Source: Eledone cirrhosa (Eukaryota). From it: DNA of 64,000 bases. The DNA is taken from positions 35,464,001 to 35,528,000 of the forward strand of contig OZ024742.1 in assembly GCA_964016885.1 (NCBI GenBank). Reading direction: 5' to 3'. The position numbers and the translations under genes are program-made. Shown piece after piece: positions 13,464 to 29,372 of this stretch (position 1 is its first letter; the number at the start of each line of letters is the position of its first letter). The notes under the pieces were generated by a model. The model was not told where the DNA came from and made no database searches. It saw nothing but the letters and a program-made list of their open reading frames with translations.

Positions 13464-13861
13464 CTGAAAAATAAACAAAATGGCGGTTCAGCAAATTTTG
13501 ATCCATAAAATATGTACCAGACTGGCAAATAAAGTCCTGAAATATATACCACACTGAAAAAAATTGCTGAGCTGAGGTCGATATTATTGACTTAATTTCT
13601 TGACGATGGTGTCCCAGCACCATATGATTCACACCAGTAAAATAATTGTTTTCTAAAAACTCATATGAGTTCTTAAAAAAGAATGTTCAGTTTAAGATTT
13701 TACAATGAATGTTTCAATTGTTTTTTTATTTAATAAGAGGTATATTTATGGTCTAGCCAAAGAAGAGAGAGCATTGACCATGGTGGTATACATACACACA
13801 GACACACACACACACACACACACATACATATATTATATATATATATATATCTATGTAGATG

Positions 13862-13977
<116 letters not shown>

Positions 13978-14142
13978 AATGTGGATCATAAATGAAGCTT
14001 TATAAAACCACTTTGCTGAAATAATACATTATGTTCTCTCATATTTTTACAAAATTCCTCCCCGCAGATTTTAATGTTATTAACATCTGTGTTGTTTTAA
14101 ATAATACTCTTTCTTATCTAATTATATTTAGAATTAAAAGAA

Positions 14143-14470
14143 CAGCTACAACAACAACAACGACAATAACAACAACATCAACAACAGTAACCATAACAGT
14201 AGCAACAACAACGACAATAACAACATTAACAACAGTAACCATAACTAGCAAAAACAACGACAATAACAACATTAACAACAGTAACCATAACAGTAGCAAC
14301 AACAACGACAATAACAACAACAGTAACAACAGTAACCATAACAGTAGCAACAATAACAACAATACTAACATGAACCTGGACAAGAACAACAAGAACAACA
14401 GGAGTATCAATAAAAACAACAATAGGAATCACAAAAAAAAGAGCAACAGTAACTTCAGCCACAACAGTGA
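14143..14470. repeat. (AAC)n-rich low-complexity repeat
   Basis: Degenerate AAC/AAT/AGT triplets. Confidence 0.85.
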
Positions 14471-14559
14471 ATGTAATAAACGTTATTGGGCGTGCTAGGA
14501 AACTTTGAATGTCCCCCAAGAAGTGAACACTTATCTATGTTTGGCCTTGGTGAAGATAT

Positions 14560-15315
14560 ATGCAACAAGTAGATGTACGAAACAGATTCGAATTTATCGT
14601 AATCTGTGTTTTTTTTTTCTTGCTTAGTCAGAAGAAGGACAACGCCCATGATCTTTTTCTCAAGATTCCCCACATTGGGGGGTAGAATATAGAAAGGAAG
14701 GAATAACAGCCTATGGGTTATCCTGAGATTGTGGACCTGGTTCGAATACTTGTAATAGAGAGGGACTTGTCTAAAAGCATCCAAAAGGTCGGTGATGGTG
14801 TTAAAGCGAGTAACAAGTTTTTCTTATCGTTTAGGCTTGACGAATAAAGGCAGCACCTTTGATGCTTTTTAGGACAGCAACGTTATATACGGAAGAAAAT
14901 AACAATATATACCGATATATATGTAGAAGAAAATAAAGAAGTTATACCCAGACAGGAGACCTAGTTCGAATGCTTTAGTTCACCTGAGGAATCCAAGGGC
15001 AATGTGATATTGTTAAAATGGGTGACAGATTATATATAGTTTTTAATCAAGAAAAGTAAGAGCAGCCACCATGAATATTTTCAGGGCATCAATGATATGG
15101 AGAAAACAGAAAAGAAGCTATACATAAACAGGAAAGCTAATTTGAATACCTGGACTAACCAAAAGAAATCCAAGGGCCGGCTGGTTATGTTAAACCGGGC
15201 AAGAAATATTTTTTATCGTTTAGTCAAGAGCTCCCACGACGAAAGAAAGTAAACCTCAAACCGGTGATTTGAGCCGAATGCTTACAACAGACTTAACTCA
15301 GTTAAAGGCACCTGA
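14560..15315 (-). pseudogene. Possible highly degraded Penelope-like N-terminal fragment
   Basis: Broken DK-motif-like segment (..PSSD*..NTDYDK) near 14590-14660, abutting (TA)n. Weak. Confidence 0.3.
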
Positions 15316-15349
<34 letters not shown>

Positions 15350-15417
15350 TGAAGTAAAGTTAAGTCGAAATATCCAAGAGTAAGTGAACTCAGTCCTTAG
15401 GACGAGTTTAGTATAAG

Positions 15418-15604
15418 TAATTACAACAGTGACATAGACAGGTACTCAAGTTTCGTTGGGTTCTGGGCCCTAATTTCTTCAGCCTGTCATGAGAAAATTG
15501 AAAGACAAAGATCTTTGTCTTTCATTTTTCTCATGTCAGGCTGAAGAAATTGGAGTCCAGAACCAACGAAACTTGAGTACCTGTTTATGTCACTGTTGTA
15601 ATTA
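15418..15604. repeat. Fold-back palindrome with no loop (axis AAAGA|TCTTT)
   Basis: About 93-bp arms with a few mismatches. Confidence 0.92.
15537..15583 (+). ncRNA. Minimal type I hammerhead ribozyme motif (mirror copy on minus strand at about 15439-15486)
   Basis: CAGG-CTGAAGA-AATTGG...CCAAC-GAAAC-TTGA-GTA-CCTG: stem I CAGG/CCTG, stem II TTGG/CCAA, GUA triplet. Confidence 0.72.
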
Positions 15605-15735
15605 TATATATATATATATATATATATACACTATGTAAAACTATCGATACATATTGTTTTTTTCTCAATATAAAAGCTCAATAGTTCTGAGCCTCAATTA
15701 TATGCCTCTTTCTCCTCTTTCTCTATGTCTTTTAA

Positions 15736-15795
<60 letters not shown>

Positions 15796-15835
15796 TTAAT
15801 TCAAAATATTAACAAAATAGATATTCTTGTGATTA

Positions 15836-15902
15836 TATTTTATTATACATATTTCAGAGGTACTGAATTAAGTTCAACAGTACGTCCTCATCAGATAAAA
15901 TA
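15836..15902 (-). ncRNA. Type I hammerhead ribozyme motif, same family as 62841-62906
   Basis: Minus strand TATTTTAT-CTGATGA-GGACGTACTG...CAGTACCTCT-GAAA-TATGT-ATA-ATAAAATA, with a perfect 8-bp stem I. Confidence 0.75.
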
Positions 15903-16315
15903 AAATAATACATGACATACCCTGATATGGTAGATGGTTAACGTTTAATCAAGGTGGTGATTAACTTATGACAAAACTCAATATTTATACCTTAATATTG
16001 AGAACATGAGAAACAATAGAGAGAGAGAGAGTGAGTAATATATTTTAAGAAATATATGGTATCAATATAACAGTTATAGAATTTTTAATTTTTAAAAACT
16101 ACTAGAGAAAGAGGAGGGAAAGGAAAGCATATAGAAAGAAACAGCTGATGTGATAACTTACTTAGTATTTAGCTTAAGAAGACAAATGAAAGATGATTAA
16201 AGAGAGAGAGAAACATATTTTGAATTAATATTAATAACTCTGGAAAATATTAACTGTAGAGTGCTTCCAATCTATTGTAAAACTCATTCTTTGATGTATT
16301 CATTGAATCTTGTTT

Positions 16316-16399
<84 letters not shown>

Positions 16400-16957
16400 T
16401 ATATATATATTGTTATACTTGTGGAGGGTCATATTGTTGTAATAATATTGCCAGAAATAATAACAGAACACACTCACTGTTTGGTTGGTTTTCGCTTCTG
16501 TATCTTTTATATCTCCACAGTTAATTCAGTTGATCCTCAATGTTTATCATTGACTGACCAACGGTCAAAAATACAGATATAATATAGATATAAACACATA
16601 TATATAGTCTAACAAAGTTCTTTCGTTGCACATCTGCAACATCATCAGTGGTACTATTATGTTCCTCCTGTTGTATTGTATGTCTACGCCATATATATAC
16701 ATATATATATAATTTTCCGTCCAACAAATTTCTTTCATAAGACCCGAGGCTATGATAAAAGACAGTTGCCCGAGGCAACGTGCAGTGTGCTGCGATGCAA
16801 ATCTCTTAACTACACAACCATGCCTAACGCCCATAAATTAAGATTACCTCCCAAATCTACCACCCAAAACCTGAAAAATAGGAAGCAGACATGCACACTC
16901 ACACACACGTACATATACATACATACATATATATTTTTGTTTTCTCACTCTCTCACT

Positions 16958-17037
<80 letters not shown>

Positions 17038-18013
17038 GTACACATATATATACGTACATATATGTACATGCATATATGTGTGTGTGTTTGTGTGTATGTT
17101 TGTATACACATGCACGCACGCACACATTTATATACACACATTTGTATACACACATTTGTATACACACGCACAAGCACACACATTTATATATGTATAATAA
17201 GGTTAGCCTTTACAGAGTCCAGATCGTGGCGATGTGAAGAAATAAAACAACAAAAGCTCCTGTTCAATATCTTTATTGTTATCAGCACTAGAGAGAATGA
17301 GATAAAAGATCGTTCTTAGTTTGGTAACATTATATAACATTACGTTACGATGTTGTTTTTGTTGTTGTTGGTGGTTGATGGTGTTGTTGGAGTTAATAAT
17401 GTTGTAGATGTTTTACAGATGCATAGTACACTTTTCCTAGTTTTTATTAACCCTTATTTGTCGAAAATAGTTAAGTAAAATCAGCAATTACAGCGTGGAA
17501 GAGAAATTTTAGTCACTAGATTTTTTTCCATACGCTGATGCGAATGTGTATATTTGCATATGCATACATTTATATGTATGAGTATATAAATATAAACGAG
17601 CAAACACAGACACACTTACAAAAATACACTCTCACAGACATACATTCACATAAACACACACGCACATTCACGAAACACACACATATACATACTCACACAC
17701 AGCGTAGTTTTTCACCATGCCCTTCCTTCCTTTTACACACACATACATTCACTCAGGCAGCAGACGTAAAGAGAGAGGAGTAGTATGAGGTAGTCAAACT
17801 ACTCCTCTCTCTTTACGTGTTGTGACAGAATCGCAGAAATTTATATATAGATTTAACAACACACAAAAACTGTTAACTTTGTTTTATATTTATCATATAT
17901 CATATTTGTTGGTGTCATCATATAGTCTGTCACATGGTCACAGTTGAAATGTGTCATTGCAGAGGTCGCGGACTGCGCAACGAAATTTTCACATCAAGTT
18001 ATATATGACAAAT

Positions 18014-18432
18014 ACTAGCTGGCCCCGTACCGTCAGAAATGACGGGTAATTGTAATATCTATATATAATATAAAAAAGAGATCTTTGTTGGTTGTTGGTT
18101 CCTTCGTGCTCACTTACACAAATGATACAAACACGCAAACACATCCCTTCCTTCCTCATTCGGCGTTATCCCCTTCCTTGCTCAGTCGACGTAATCACCC
18201 CTTCCTTCCTCAGTCGACGTTATCACCCCTTCCTTCCTCAGTCGACCTAATCACCCCTTCCTTCCTCAGTCGACCTAATCACCCCTTCCTTCCTCATTCG
18301 ACGTAATCACTCCTTCCTTCCCCAGTCGACGTAATCACCCCTTCCTTCCCCAGTCGACGTAATCACCCCTTCCTTCTTCAGTCATCTCTACTGCGATACA
18401 GAGAAACACACAAGGCTATTATATTAGTACAT
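18014..18432 (-). mobile_element. Non-autonomous Helitron-like element with an internal 29-bp tandem array (18145-18383)
   Basis: Minus-strand 3' end has hairpin CCGTCATTTCTGACGG then CTAG-T; 5' end TATGTACTAATATAATAGCC; about 8 copies of CCCTTCCTTCCTCAGTCGACGTAATCACC. Confidence 0.6.
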
Positions 18433-19353
18433 AAAGTAAAGTTGAATGATTTTGTGTTTTTAAATAGCTAAAATAACTCTTCCAAAATTTAATTGCTTTA
18501 GATTTTAAATGCTCTCAAATCTTGTCACTTCGCCGACAAGTACAACTCCGAAGGTTCAGTAAAAATGATATTCAATTACCAGGAAAGTTGAGTCAACGAG
18601 GAAGGAAGCCTCTGTGTGGTCTCTCTTCATGCTAGATCTAACAGCCAAATCTCCCTCAAACAACAACAACAACAGCTACATCATCATCATTAACAACTAC
18701 AGCAACAACAACGACATCAACACAACGACAACGACATAAACAACAACGATAACGACGACAACGACAACAACAACGACAACGACACCAACGACAGCAACAA
18801 CAAGAAGAAGGAAGGAATCCAGATGATAACAAACATTGTATGTAGACAACTGATAAACAACATGTGTGGTACTGAAAGAATCTTTTAACAAGTAGTAAAT
18901 ATAATGTCACTGGGGCCACAAACTAGTGGAGTTTAATTTATATTTTTCTGAACGAATTACTTTGAGAGAAGAGATAGTGCCTATATGCCAATGACATTCG
19001 CAAGCTTTCTTCACACTGCATAACTCTGTTCATACATACATACATGCATGATGATGGCTGCTTCCTCGTTATCGAGTATGGCCATTGCACGATATACCAT
19101 TATTCATAATTATCAATTAATGCTATTGTTCAATGCCTGTGCAACAGTAGCTATAATCCGAAAAGAAAAAAAGATCAACATCATCGGTAACTACTGAGCC
19201 GCAGGTTTTATGTCGGAGTTATCCCAGTTTCCTAAGTTACCTTCTTCTAGAAGAATGCCTTGACAAAGGCTAGGGTTCCTTCATACATACATACATACAT
19301 ACATACATACATACATACATACATACATACATACATACATACATACATACATA

Positions 19354-20025
<672 letters not shown>

Positions 20026-20175
20026 CGCAATTTTACTTTAAAGTAAATAAATATTCTTAAAAGACTTAAAAGACAGTTGCATTTTCAATTTATTTTCCTT
20101 ACATATATATATATATGTATATATATATATACATATATATATATTTATATATATATGTATGTGTGTGTGTGTGTG

Positions 20176-20244
<69 letters not shown>

Positions 20245-20503
20245 ATTTAGTTTACAAGGAAATTTCAGCGCTTTGAATCCCAGTCACGGTCCACTTCCAT
20301 GCAAACAAAAACGTTATTTAATGAGGGAGTAGACTAAATCTTTTATCTTTCCAATCCTAAAATAGAATGGGTTTTGGTATTTAGAACAGGCACAGACCAT
20401 CGCCCTTGTTACTGCTACAAACAAACAGCGACAACAGCTTCAACAATATACAACTACACAACAAAATAAGGACAAACGAACAAAGAAGACCAAATTCTGA
20501 GGT

Positions 20504-20611
<108 letters not shown>

Positions 20612-20763
20612 TTATATATATATATACACACACATACACATATATATATATATATATATATAGGAACAAGTAAGACCCCGACGGCTGAGCTCAAGCCGTT
20701 TCGACAAGTATTGAGTACTTTGGTGCGTTATGGTCCACTTGGTTCCTTACCACATTTCCTTCG

Positions 20764-20799
<36 letters not shown>

Positions 20800-20920
20800 T
20801 AGTAGGCCGAATTTGCTTGCACACCGCCAGAGATTCGATTTTACTAAGTATCCAATTATATATATAAATATATATATATCTTCTCCCCATTTTTTCATAT
20901 ATATATATATATATACTTAT

Positions 20921-20995
<75 letters not shown>

Positions 20996-21178
20996 TATAC
21001 ATATATATATACATATATACACACACACATATATATATATATAAAGTGAGAGAGAGATGGAGAGAGAAAGTAAGAAAATCAATATGATAGAAGATTAAAG
21101 ATTCCTATAGAAATGGTGTTATATTGAGAAAATTATAAAGATTTGAAAAAAAGAAACGTCTTTACATGTTACGTGTAT

Positions 21179-21222
<44 letters not shown>

Positions 21223-21349
21223 ACATTTTTCACATTAACATGAATAATGTTTATACCTTTGTACGTGACCGTTTCCACTTAAAACACCTTTTCAAATATT
21301 TTTTGTTTAATTTACTAAGTTTCCATTCGTCATGTTATTGACGCTTCTT

Positions 21350-21416
<67 letters not shown>

Positions 21417-21618
21417 TTATTAAAATAACAGATTAAAGTTTATGCAAAGAATTGCCGCTTTCACCCGTTAAGCGTGAAAGCACCGATTCTTTGCTTAAAC
21501 TTTAATCTGTTATTTTAATAAATACTTGCTCTATGGTTCTTATATATTTGATATATATTTATCCTTATCGAGCACTCTTTGGGTTTTAGTCTTTACATTT
21601 ATTATTATTATTATTATA

Positions 21619-22185
21619 CTGAGTCCATCGTGAGAATTGCGCCGCCCTCTTCCTTTAGCCGGGAAGGGCAGGCAGTTTTTATCTGTCTGGTGGCCATGGT
21701 GTAAGAGATAGTATGGTGGACACGTTTGAAAGGGCTGAAGACGAGCACTTACCTCTTCGGCGATGCCCTGATTAACTTTTTCAAATTTCATTTGAAAAGG
21801 AAAATCAGGGTAGAGAGGGAAGTGCTCTCTTCCCAGCATTTTGTTGAAAGATGGGTGAGGGAAGCAAGTATGGCCCGAGTGAATGGGTTTACTCTGAGTA
21901 TGTGTCTGTAAATTAAAGGTGGAAAACTGGGAGAGGGCACTTGCCCTGGTGGTCAGGGTCACTGTGGCCTTTTAAATGGGCTTTCTCCACAAATGTCCCT
22001 CGGAAGTCTCCCCCCTATTGGGGAATTTCTTTCATTGTTCTATTATTACATCCTCTGTTTTTTTTTTTACACGCAGAAATGCCCATTTGTACCGCCCTGT
22101 ATCGTCCTGTACTGTCCTTAATGTCTACTTTATGTAAACCCTTGTGGTTAATAAAGAAATCATTATTATTATTATTATTATTAGT
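21619..22185 (+). mobile_element. Tx1/L1-like LINE 3' fragment inserted in an (ATT)n tract
   Basis: EIVWWTRLKGL...FFKFHLKRKIRVERE...FVERW, then AATAAA and an (ATT)n tail; (ATT)n on both sides. Confidence 0.65.
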
Positions 22186-22760
22186 ATTATATATATATAG
22201 TTATACTTTGGGAGGGTCATGCTGCCAATAAAAACACGCGCACCTGTTGGTTTTCACTTCAATATATTATAGATTTCCGGTCGGTTGTGTTTCTCCTTTG
22301 TTCTGTAATCTCCAGAATATTGTGTAGGACAGAACAACGGAGAGACACACAATAAAAATCGCCACCGATTGTCAATCGCCACCGACGAATGCGAGAAAGA
22401 CTCCAGGAAAGTTAACCAGGAATCTTTAAAAGATCTCCATCATCGAAGTTACTAAAGAACTTATTAGATCTACAAAACCAAATTGTAAAATCATAATATA
22501 GAATTAATTAAATTGTTTAGAACTACAAGTGAAGTCATTATTTCCCTTTTTTTAAAAATACATATATATAAGACCCTCTTCCTGCTATATCAAGCGTTAA
22601 CCTAATATATACCTTCCATATACTCTGCCGATTGTGTTGTTATTTCTGTTTACCTTTTACATACATATATAAATATATCAAAGGTATATATTGAGTTAGG
22701 AACTCAAAATAGTCTCTTACAACAAAATAGCTCTAAGAAAGAGATATTTCCGAGCCGTAT

Positions 22761-23311
22761 ATTATAATAGAATATAAAAGAAAAACGAACACAGATATAT
22801 ACATATATGTGTTCAAATCGTAAGGGACCAGATTCGCTAAGGTGAAAAGAATACTAACTATAGACAATTGGGTTTGCTTGTCTCAATTTAAGAAAAAAAT
22901 CAAGAAAATAAATACAAACCGGAATTGTGGTAACTACCAATCACCCAGACAACTTGGTGTTGTTTCGCAATGTTAATTGTGAATAGAATTACCAATTCAA
23001 GCTTATCAGTGGGTGATGAATTAGTATCCTAGAAACTTCTAAGTATACTAATTGATCACCCACTGATAAGCTTGAATTGGTAATTCTATTCACAATTAAC
23101 ATTGCGAAACAACACCAAGTTGTCTGGGTGATTGGTAGTTACCACAATTCCGGTTTGTATTTATTTTTCTTGATTTATTCTTAAATTGAGACAAGCAAAC
23201 CCAATTGTCTATAGTTAGTATTCTTTTCACCTTAGCGAATCTGGTCCCCTACGATTTGAACACATATAAGTATATGTCTGTGTTCGTTTTTCTTTTATAT
23301 TCTATTATAAT
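22761..23311. repeat. Fold-back palindrome with arms of about 270 bp
   Basis: The right arm is a near-perfect reverse complement of the left; axis about 23036. Confidence 0.93.
23055..23132 (+). ncRNA. Type I hammerhead-like motif with variant core CUGAUAA (mirror copy at about 22941-23018)
   Basis: ATCACCCA-CTGATAA-long stem II region-GAAAC-AAC ACCAA GTT-GTC-TGGGTGAT: 8-bp stem I, 5-bp stem III, GUC triplet. Confidence 0.68.
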
Positions 23312-23318
23312 TACACAG

Positions 23319-23366
<48 letters not shown>

Positions 23367-23475
23367 GCTCTGTAATACATCTGATAATTTACATTGAGCT
23401 ACATACACTTTCGAATTTATAATTGTATATAGTTCATATATATATATTTATATATATATAAATACATATGTATAT

Positions 23476-23537
<62 letters not shown>

Positions 23538-23852
23538 GTATATATGTATATATATGTGTGTGAGTATGCCTGTATATTCAACATGTTTGACTCTATACAC
23601 TCACTTTTTCTCAAAATAATTTTTGCCGTTCCTTCCTCTTCTCCCTCTCCATGTTTCTATTTCATTTTTTTATTTCTCATTCTGTCTTCTGATGAAGGAC
23701 TAGGGTCCGAAACATAAATACTCTTTTTCTTTCTTCAGTGCACTGTGTTGTTTGATTTGTTGTTTCCGTTTACTTTTTGCATACATATACATACACACAT
23801 GCATACATACCTGTTTACCTTTTACATACATTCATACATACATATATAAATA

Positions 23853-23948
<96 letters not shown>

Positions 23949-24554
23949 GAAAAAGATTCAGGACCCCGAAGGCTGAGCTCCGGCCGTTTCGACAGCTAGA
24001 TCCGAACAGTATGGATCTAGCTGTCGAAACGGCGGGTACTCAGCCTTCGGGGTCCTGACTCAGTTCCTATTACCCACTCTACTACCCTAGGTATCGAGTA
24101 CTCTGGTGCGTCATGGTCCACCTGGTTTCTTACCACACTTTCTTTGTTATATATATATATATAAATATACACACACACACACACACAAGGTCCTACGAAT
24201 ATGGACAAGCACAAAAGTATACAAAATCGCATACACTCAAATAGAGAGTGTGACATAGTCATATAGACACATAGAACTCTATAACTTACAATCCACTCAC
24301 CCACTCACATATATACTATCTGAAGGATATATAATTTAATGAAGTAATAGGGTAATAAGACAAGTGGCGCCACGCTTTAATTTGATTCCACACATATTTC
24401 TTACTGGGTCAGTAAGGGACCTAATTTCAACCTAACTTGGTAGTTAATATCTTCTTCCTATTTACCCTACCCTGTAGTTATTGTCTTCTAATGCAAACGT
24501 CACACACATATTTTCCTTCAGAATCATCCGACTTCCTTCTGTTTCGACAACCTT

Positions 24555-24662
<108 letters not shown>

Positions 24663-24667
24663 TATAC

Positions 24668-24698
<31 letters not shown>

Positions 24699-24765
24699 TA
24701 TATATATTAAACAAATATGTATATATATGCACACACACACACACACATACACACACATACACACA

Positions 24766-24835
<70 letters not shown>

Positions 24836-25429
24836 TATAATTGCAAACAAGATTCGTTGATTTATGTGCCATTGAAAAACTAAGTGATTAACCTTCTAGC
24901 AACACGTTAAAATCTTCTAAAAACAATGTTAATTGGCGGCTATAGACCCTTTGGGGTAATGGTTAAAAGCGGCCGCCCGTCATACAAGCGAAGCATGATT
25001 CGATCCCCCTCAGGTGTCACAGGCTTTTTCCATCTCCTGGGGTGCTTTACTCGATATATTTTAATTATTTCATCGTAGTTATCAACTATCATTATAATTA
25101 ACTACAATATAATTAACTACATTAAGTTAAAATCCCGCCGAGGTTAACTTTGCCTTTCATCCTTACGGGGTCGATAAAATAAAGTACCAGTAATGTACTG
25201 GGTAATTGCTGGCCTTGTGCCTAAAGTAGAAACAATTATAATTAACTACATCATGCTGAAGATATTTTTATATGTAAGAAAAGTTTAAAAGGAAAAACAA
25301 AACATGGACGAACACTACAGTAGAATGATGCAGTGTAATACTTGAGATTGTAGGAAAGGATTGTTAAGGTTTCGGCCATTTGTCTGAGTAAAGAAGAAAT
25401 AGGATGATAGACAAGAGTAAAAGATGAAT

Positions 25430-25925
25430 TAAACAGATTTTTTTGTAGAATGGAAGAAAACATGGTTACACGGTGGGACTGAAAATGTGTCATCCACTAC
25501 GAGCTGCTCCCACCCAACACCACCATGACATCTATTGCGAACAACTTGGCAGATTAGCAGTGAAAATCGCACAGGTGCGCCCACACCATGGCCCCGTTCG
25601 ATATCTTCATGACAATGTTCGACTGTATACATCAAGGATGACCCCTGAGAAGCTGATGGAGCTAGGTTGGAAGGTTCTGTCTCACCCACTGTATTCTCCT
25701 TTTTCTCTCAATGAACAATGCAATGCGCACAAAGATCTTTGCCAATGAAGGCCAGTTAACAGTGGCTAATGGAATTCTTTACATCAAAGCCAGAAGAATT
25801 CTACAATCAAGTGCCCTCCTAGACAACGGGAGACGTGCAATCGCAAATGATGGCGACTATTTTGACTTGTAAAATTTTCCTAATGTCGATAAAAATTTGA
25901 AAAACGGTGAGAATTTTCTGGCCAA

Positions 25926-25931
<6 letters not shown>
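25430..25931 (+). mobile_element. Mariner transposon 3' remnant (different subfamily)
   Basis: YCEQLGRL...YLHDNVRLYTS...LGWKVLSHPLYSP; ends in TIR-like TTTTCTGGCCAATCTAATA running into (TA)n. Confidence 0.8.
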
Positions 25932-25964
<33 letters not shown>

Positions 25965-26592
25965 TATACATGCTAGATGAAAGAGAGTTTGAATATCAGT
26001 AAGTATGTTCGTTGATCGGATGCGCAGTATGTGACAAAGCTGGATCTTTGAATTACAGGTACAGTCTCTTATAGGTTGAGTATTCCATCGACACTTGTAT
26101 AGTTAACGCAAGTTTGAAGTCTAACGAGAATGACACAATATGAAGTACAGGTCCAATCCATTCGACAGGCTTCAACACAGTTTACATCTATCCAATTTAT
26201 ATCACAAGGCTGGAGTTGACTCGAGTCTATATTATTCATACTTGCCTAAGAGGTCATGCAGTGGGATCGAAAACGAGTCTTCGTGAATGGGGGAGGAACT
26301 TCTTAATGACCTAGCCGTGCCTGTAGCCACAAAGGTTGAGTGGGTGTAAAATGATATGATAGTAGTTTATGAAGTGGTGGATGAAGAAGCGGTTTTTAAT
26401 TCGTTTTCAATAATCCATGTAATGACGTCAGGTGGGAAATAGTATTGAACATCCGGTAATGGCTGCCATAGTTACTGATACAAATGTTTAGTTTCTCCGC
26501 TCACGCAAGTATATTACTCAATTTGGCACTAGGCAAGGAAACACGTGAATACATATCTGAGTTTAAACTATGTATATGTGTGTGTATATTTA

Positions 26593-26652
<60 letters not shown>

Positions 26653-26655
26653 TAC

Positions 26656-26765
<110 letters not shown>

Positions 26766-26798
26766 TAATATATATATATATATATATGTATATATTAA

Positions 26799-26890
<92 letters not shown>

Positions 26891-26891
26891 C

Positions 26892-26959
<68 letters not shown>

Positions 26960-26961
<2 letters not shown>

Positions 26962-27151
26962 CGAAGGAAATGTGGTAAGGAACCAGGTGGACCATAACGC
27001 ACCACAGTACTCAATACTTAGGGTAGTAGAGTGGGTAATAGGAACAAGTAAGACCCCGACGGCTGAGCTCAAGCCGTTTCGACGGCTAATTCCACAGAAT
27101 TAGCCGTCGAAACGGCTTGAGCTCAGCCGTCGGGGTCTTACTTGTTCCTAT
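26960..27151. mobile_element. (TA)n-associated short element with palindrome 27038-27151; relatives at 20660-20765, 23958-24150, 29795-29865 and 53300-53360
   Basis: Shared sequence ACGAAGGAAATGTGGTAAGGAACCAGGTGGACC...GACCCCGACGGCTGAGCTCAAGCCGTTTCGAC; every copy abuts (TA)n. Confidence 0.8.
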
Positions 27152-27289
27152 ATATATATATGGGGTAACAAGTTATCGTTATAGGTAATCCAGTTAGAGG
27201 TTGTGAGTACTCTGCGTCGTGAATAGTTTGTTGTACAGCCAACCATGTTACTCTTCATTCTTTCACTATATATATATATTATATATATA

Positions 27290-27360
<71 letters not shown>

Positions 27361-27708
27361 CAAGAAACTAAGTGTTGGTAAAATCCAGTACTTCAGTATC
27401 CGGATAGGGAGCACTCAATAAACCACGTTTTATTGAACCTGATTTTATATATATAAGTATATATACATCATGTGTATATATATATATATATTTTATATGT
27501 GTATATATGTGTATTTTATATATATGTATGTATATGTATGTATATATTTTATATATATATGTATATGTATGTGTACTTTATATATATATATGTATGTATG
27601 TTTTATGTGTGCATATATTTTGTGTATGTGTGTATTTTATGTATATATATATTTTTTATATTTTTATATGTATATATTTTATATATATGTATGTTCTGTG
27701 TATATGTA

Positions 27709-27740
<32 letters not shown>

Positions 27741-27782
27741 TTCGTTTCTGAACTTATTGGCAACATGACCCTCCCAAAGTAT

Positions 27783-27862
<80 letters not shown>

Positions 27863-28656
27863 TTGTGCGTGCATACATGCATACATGTATATATATACAC
27901 ACCTGTATGGATTTGTGTGTGTAGATGTGTGAGTGTCTGCGGGGGTAGGTGAGTGTGTCTGAGGGGGTAGGTGTGAGTGTATGTACAAGTCAACCAGCAT
28001 AAACCTTTTATTTCTAAATTTTCTAAACTATCTAAGTATTGGACTCTAACCATTATTTTAAGTATTACCACCCCACATTTTGTATGTGTGGATGTGTGTG
28101 TGTGTCTGTGGAGGTGGGTGTGAGTGTAGTGCAAGCCAACCTACATAAGTCTTTTTATCTGTAAATTTTCTACTCCAACCATAAATTTCAGTAGCACCAC
28201 TCCACATAAATTCCTCAATTTAAGAATGACCTGTAGTATCTATTTCATACTATTAACCTTAAATGAATATATATCTGACCAGGAATGCCTTTTGTGAAAA
28301 TCAGTCATATGGAACTATTGTCATCTTGCCTGACGGTTTGAACTTTACAAAACCACCTGCCTCTTTGAGGTCAAATACCAACCCTACTACCATCTACAAA
28401 CTGACCAATGAGAATTAAGACTATTCCTGCTGACACATTAAATTATTCCTAACAAGCTCATATGTCCCAAGGCTCTGATACCATCAACACTATAAACACA
28501 GAGCTGGCATATCTAAGAACTGACTAACTGCCTGATGAGGTCATAGCCATCCAATGGCTATCATCGAAATATATATAGCAGTAAATAAAGAATTATGAGT
28601 TCATGCAATTGACTTATGTTTCGTCACTATATATATATATAGATATAGATATATAT

Positions 28657-28953
28657 ATAGTAATAATAATAAATTTGAATACTAAAATCCAAAGAGGGTT
28701 CGATAAGGATAAATATATATCAAATATATAAGAACAGTAGAGCAAATATTTATTAAAATAACAGATTAAAGTTTAAACAAAGAATCGCTGCTTTCACCCT
28801 TAACGGGATCTTCTGAAACTAAAAAATTCAATCTGTGAACGCAGAAGTAAATATTTCGAAAAACGTTGCAACCGAAGGAAGACAGGAAGACGATACTTTG
28901 GTTGGTGGAAACGTTCCCTGGCAAAGAACGGAAAAAAACGAAGATAATACGTC

Positions 28954-29018
<65 letters not shown>

Positions 29019-29233
29019 ATAATAATAAATTTGAAGACTAAAATCCAAAGAGGGCTCGATAAGGATAAATATATATCAAATATATAAGAACCGTAGAGCA
29101 AATATTTATTAAAATAACAGATTAAAGTTTAAGCAAAAAATCGCTGCTTTCACCCTTAACGGGATCTTCTGAGTTTCAAAAGATCCCGTTAAGGGTGAAA
29201 GCAGCGATTCTTTGCTTAAACTTTAATCTGTTA

Positions 29234-29241
<8 letters not shown>
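28657..29241. mobile_element. (TA)n-associated short element, two direct copies plus a fold-back (29107-29241); relative at 21417-21615
   Basis: TAGTAATAATAATAAATTTGAA..CTAAAATCCAAAGAGGG..CGATAAGGATAAAT repeated at 28657 and 29013. Confidence 0.78.
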
Positions 29242-29272
<31 letters not shown>

Positions 29273-29286
29273 TTGTCCAATTGAGT

Positions 29287-29372
29287 TATCTCCTGATGAT
29301 TTCCAAACCTCGTTGATTTATCCAAGATCGGATATATCCAAAAGTGGAATGAAACCGCCGGGAGTAGAGATA
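29287..29372 (+). ncRNA. Type I hammerhead ribozyme motif
   Basis: TATCTC-CTGATGA-TTTCCA...TGGAAT-GAAAC...GTA-GAGATA: perfect stem I, extended stem II. Confidence 0.72.
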
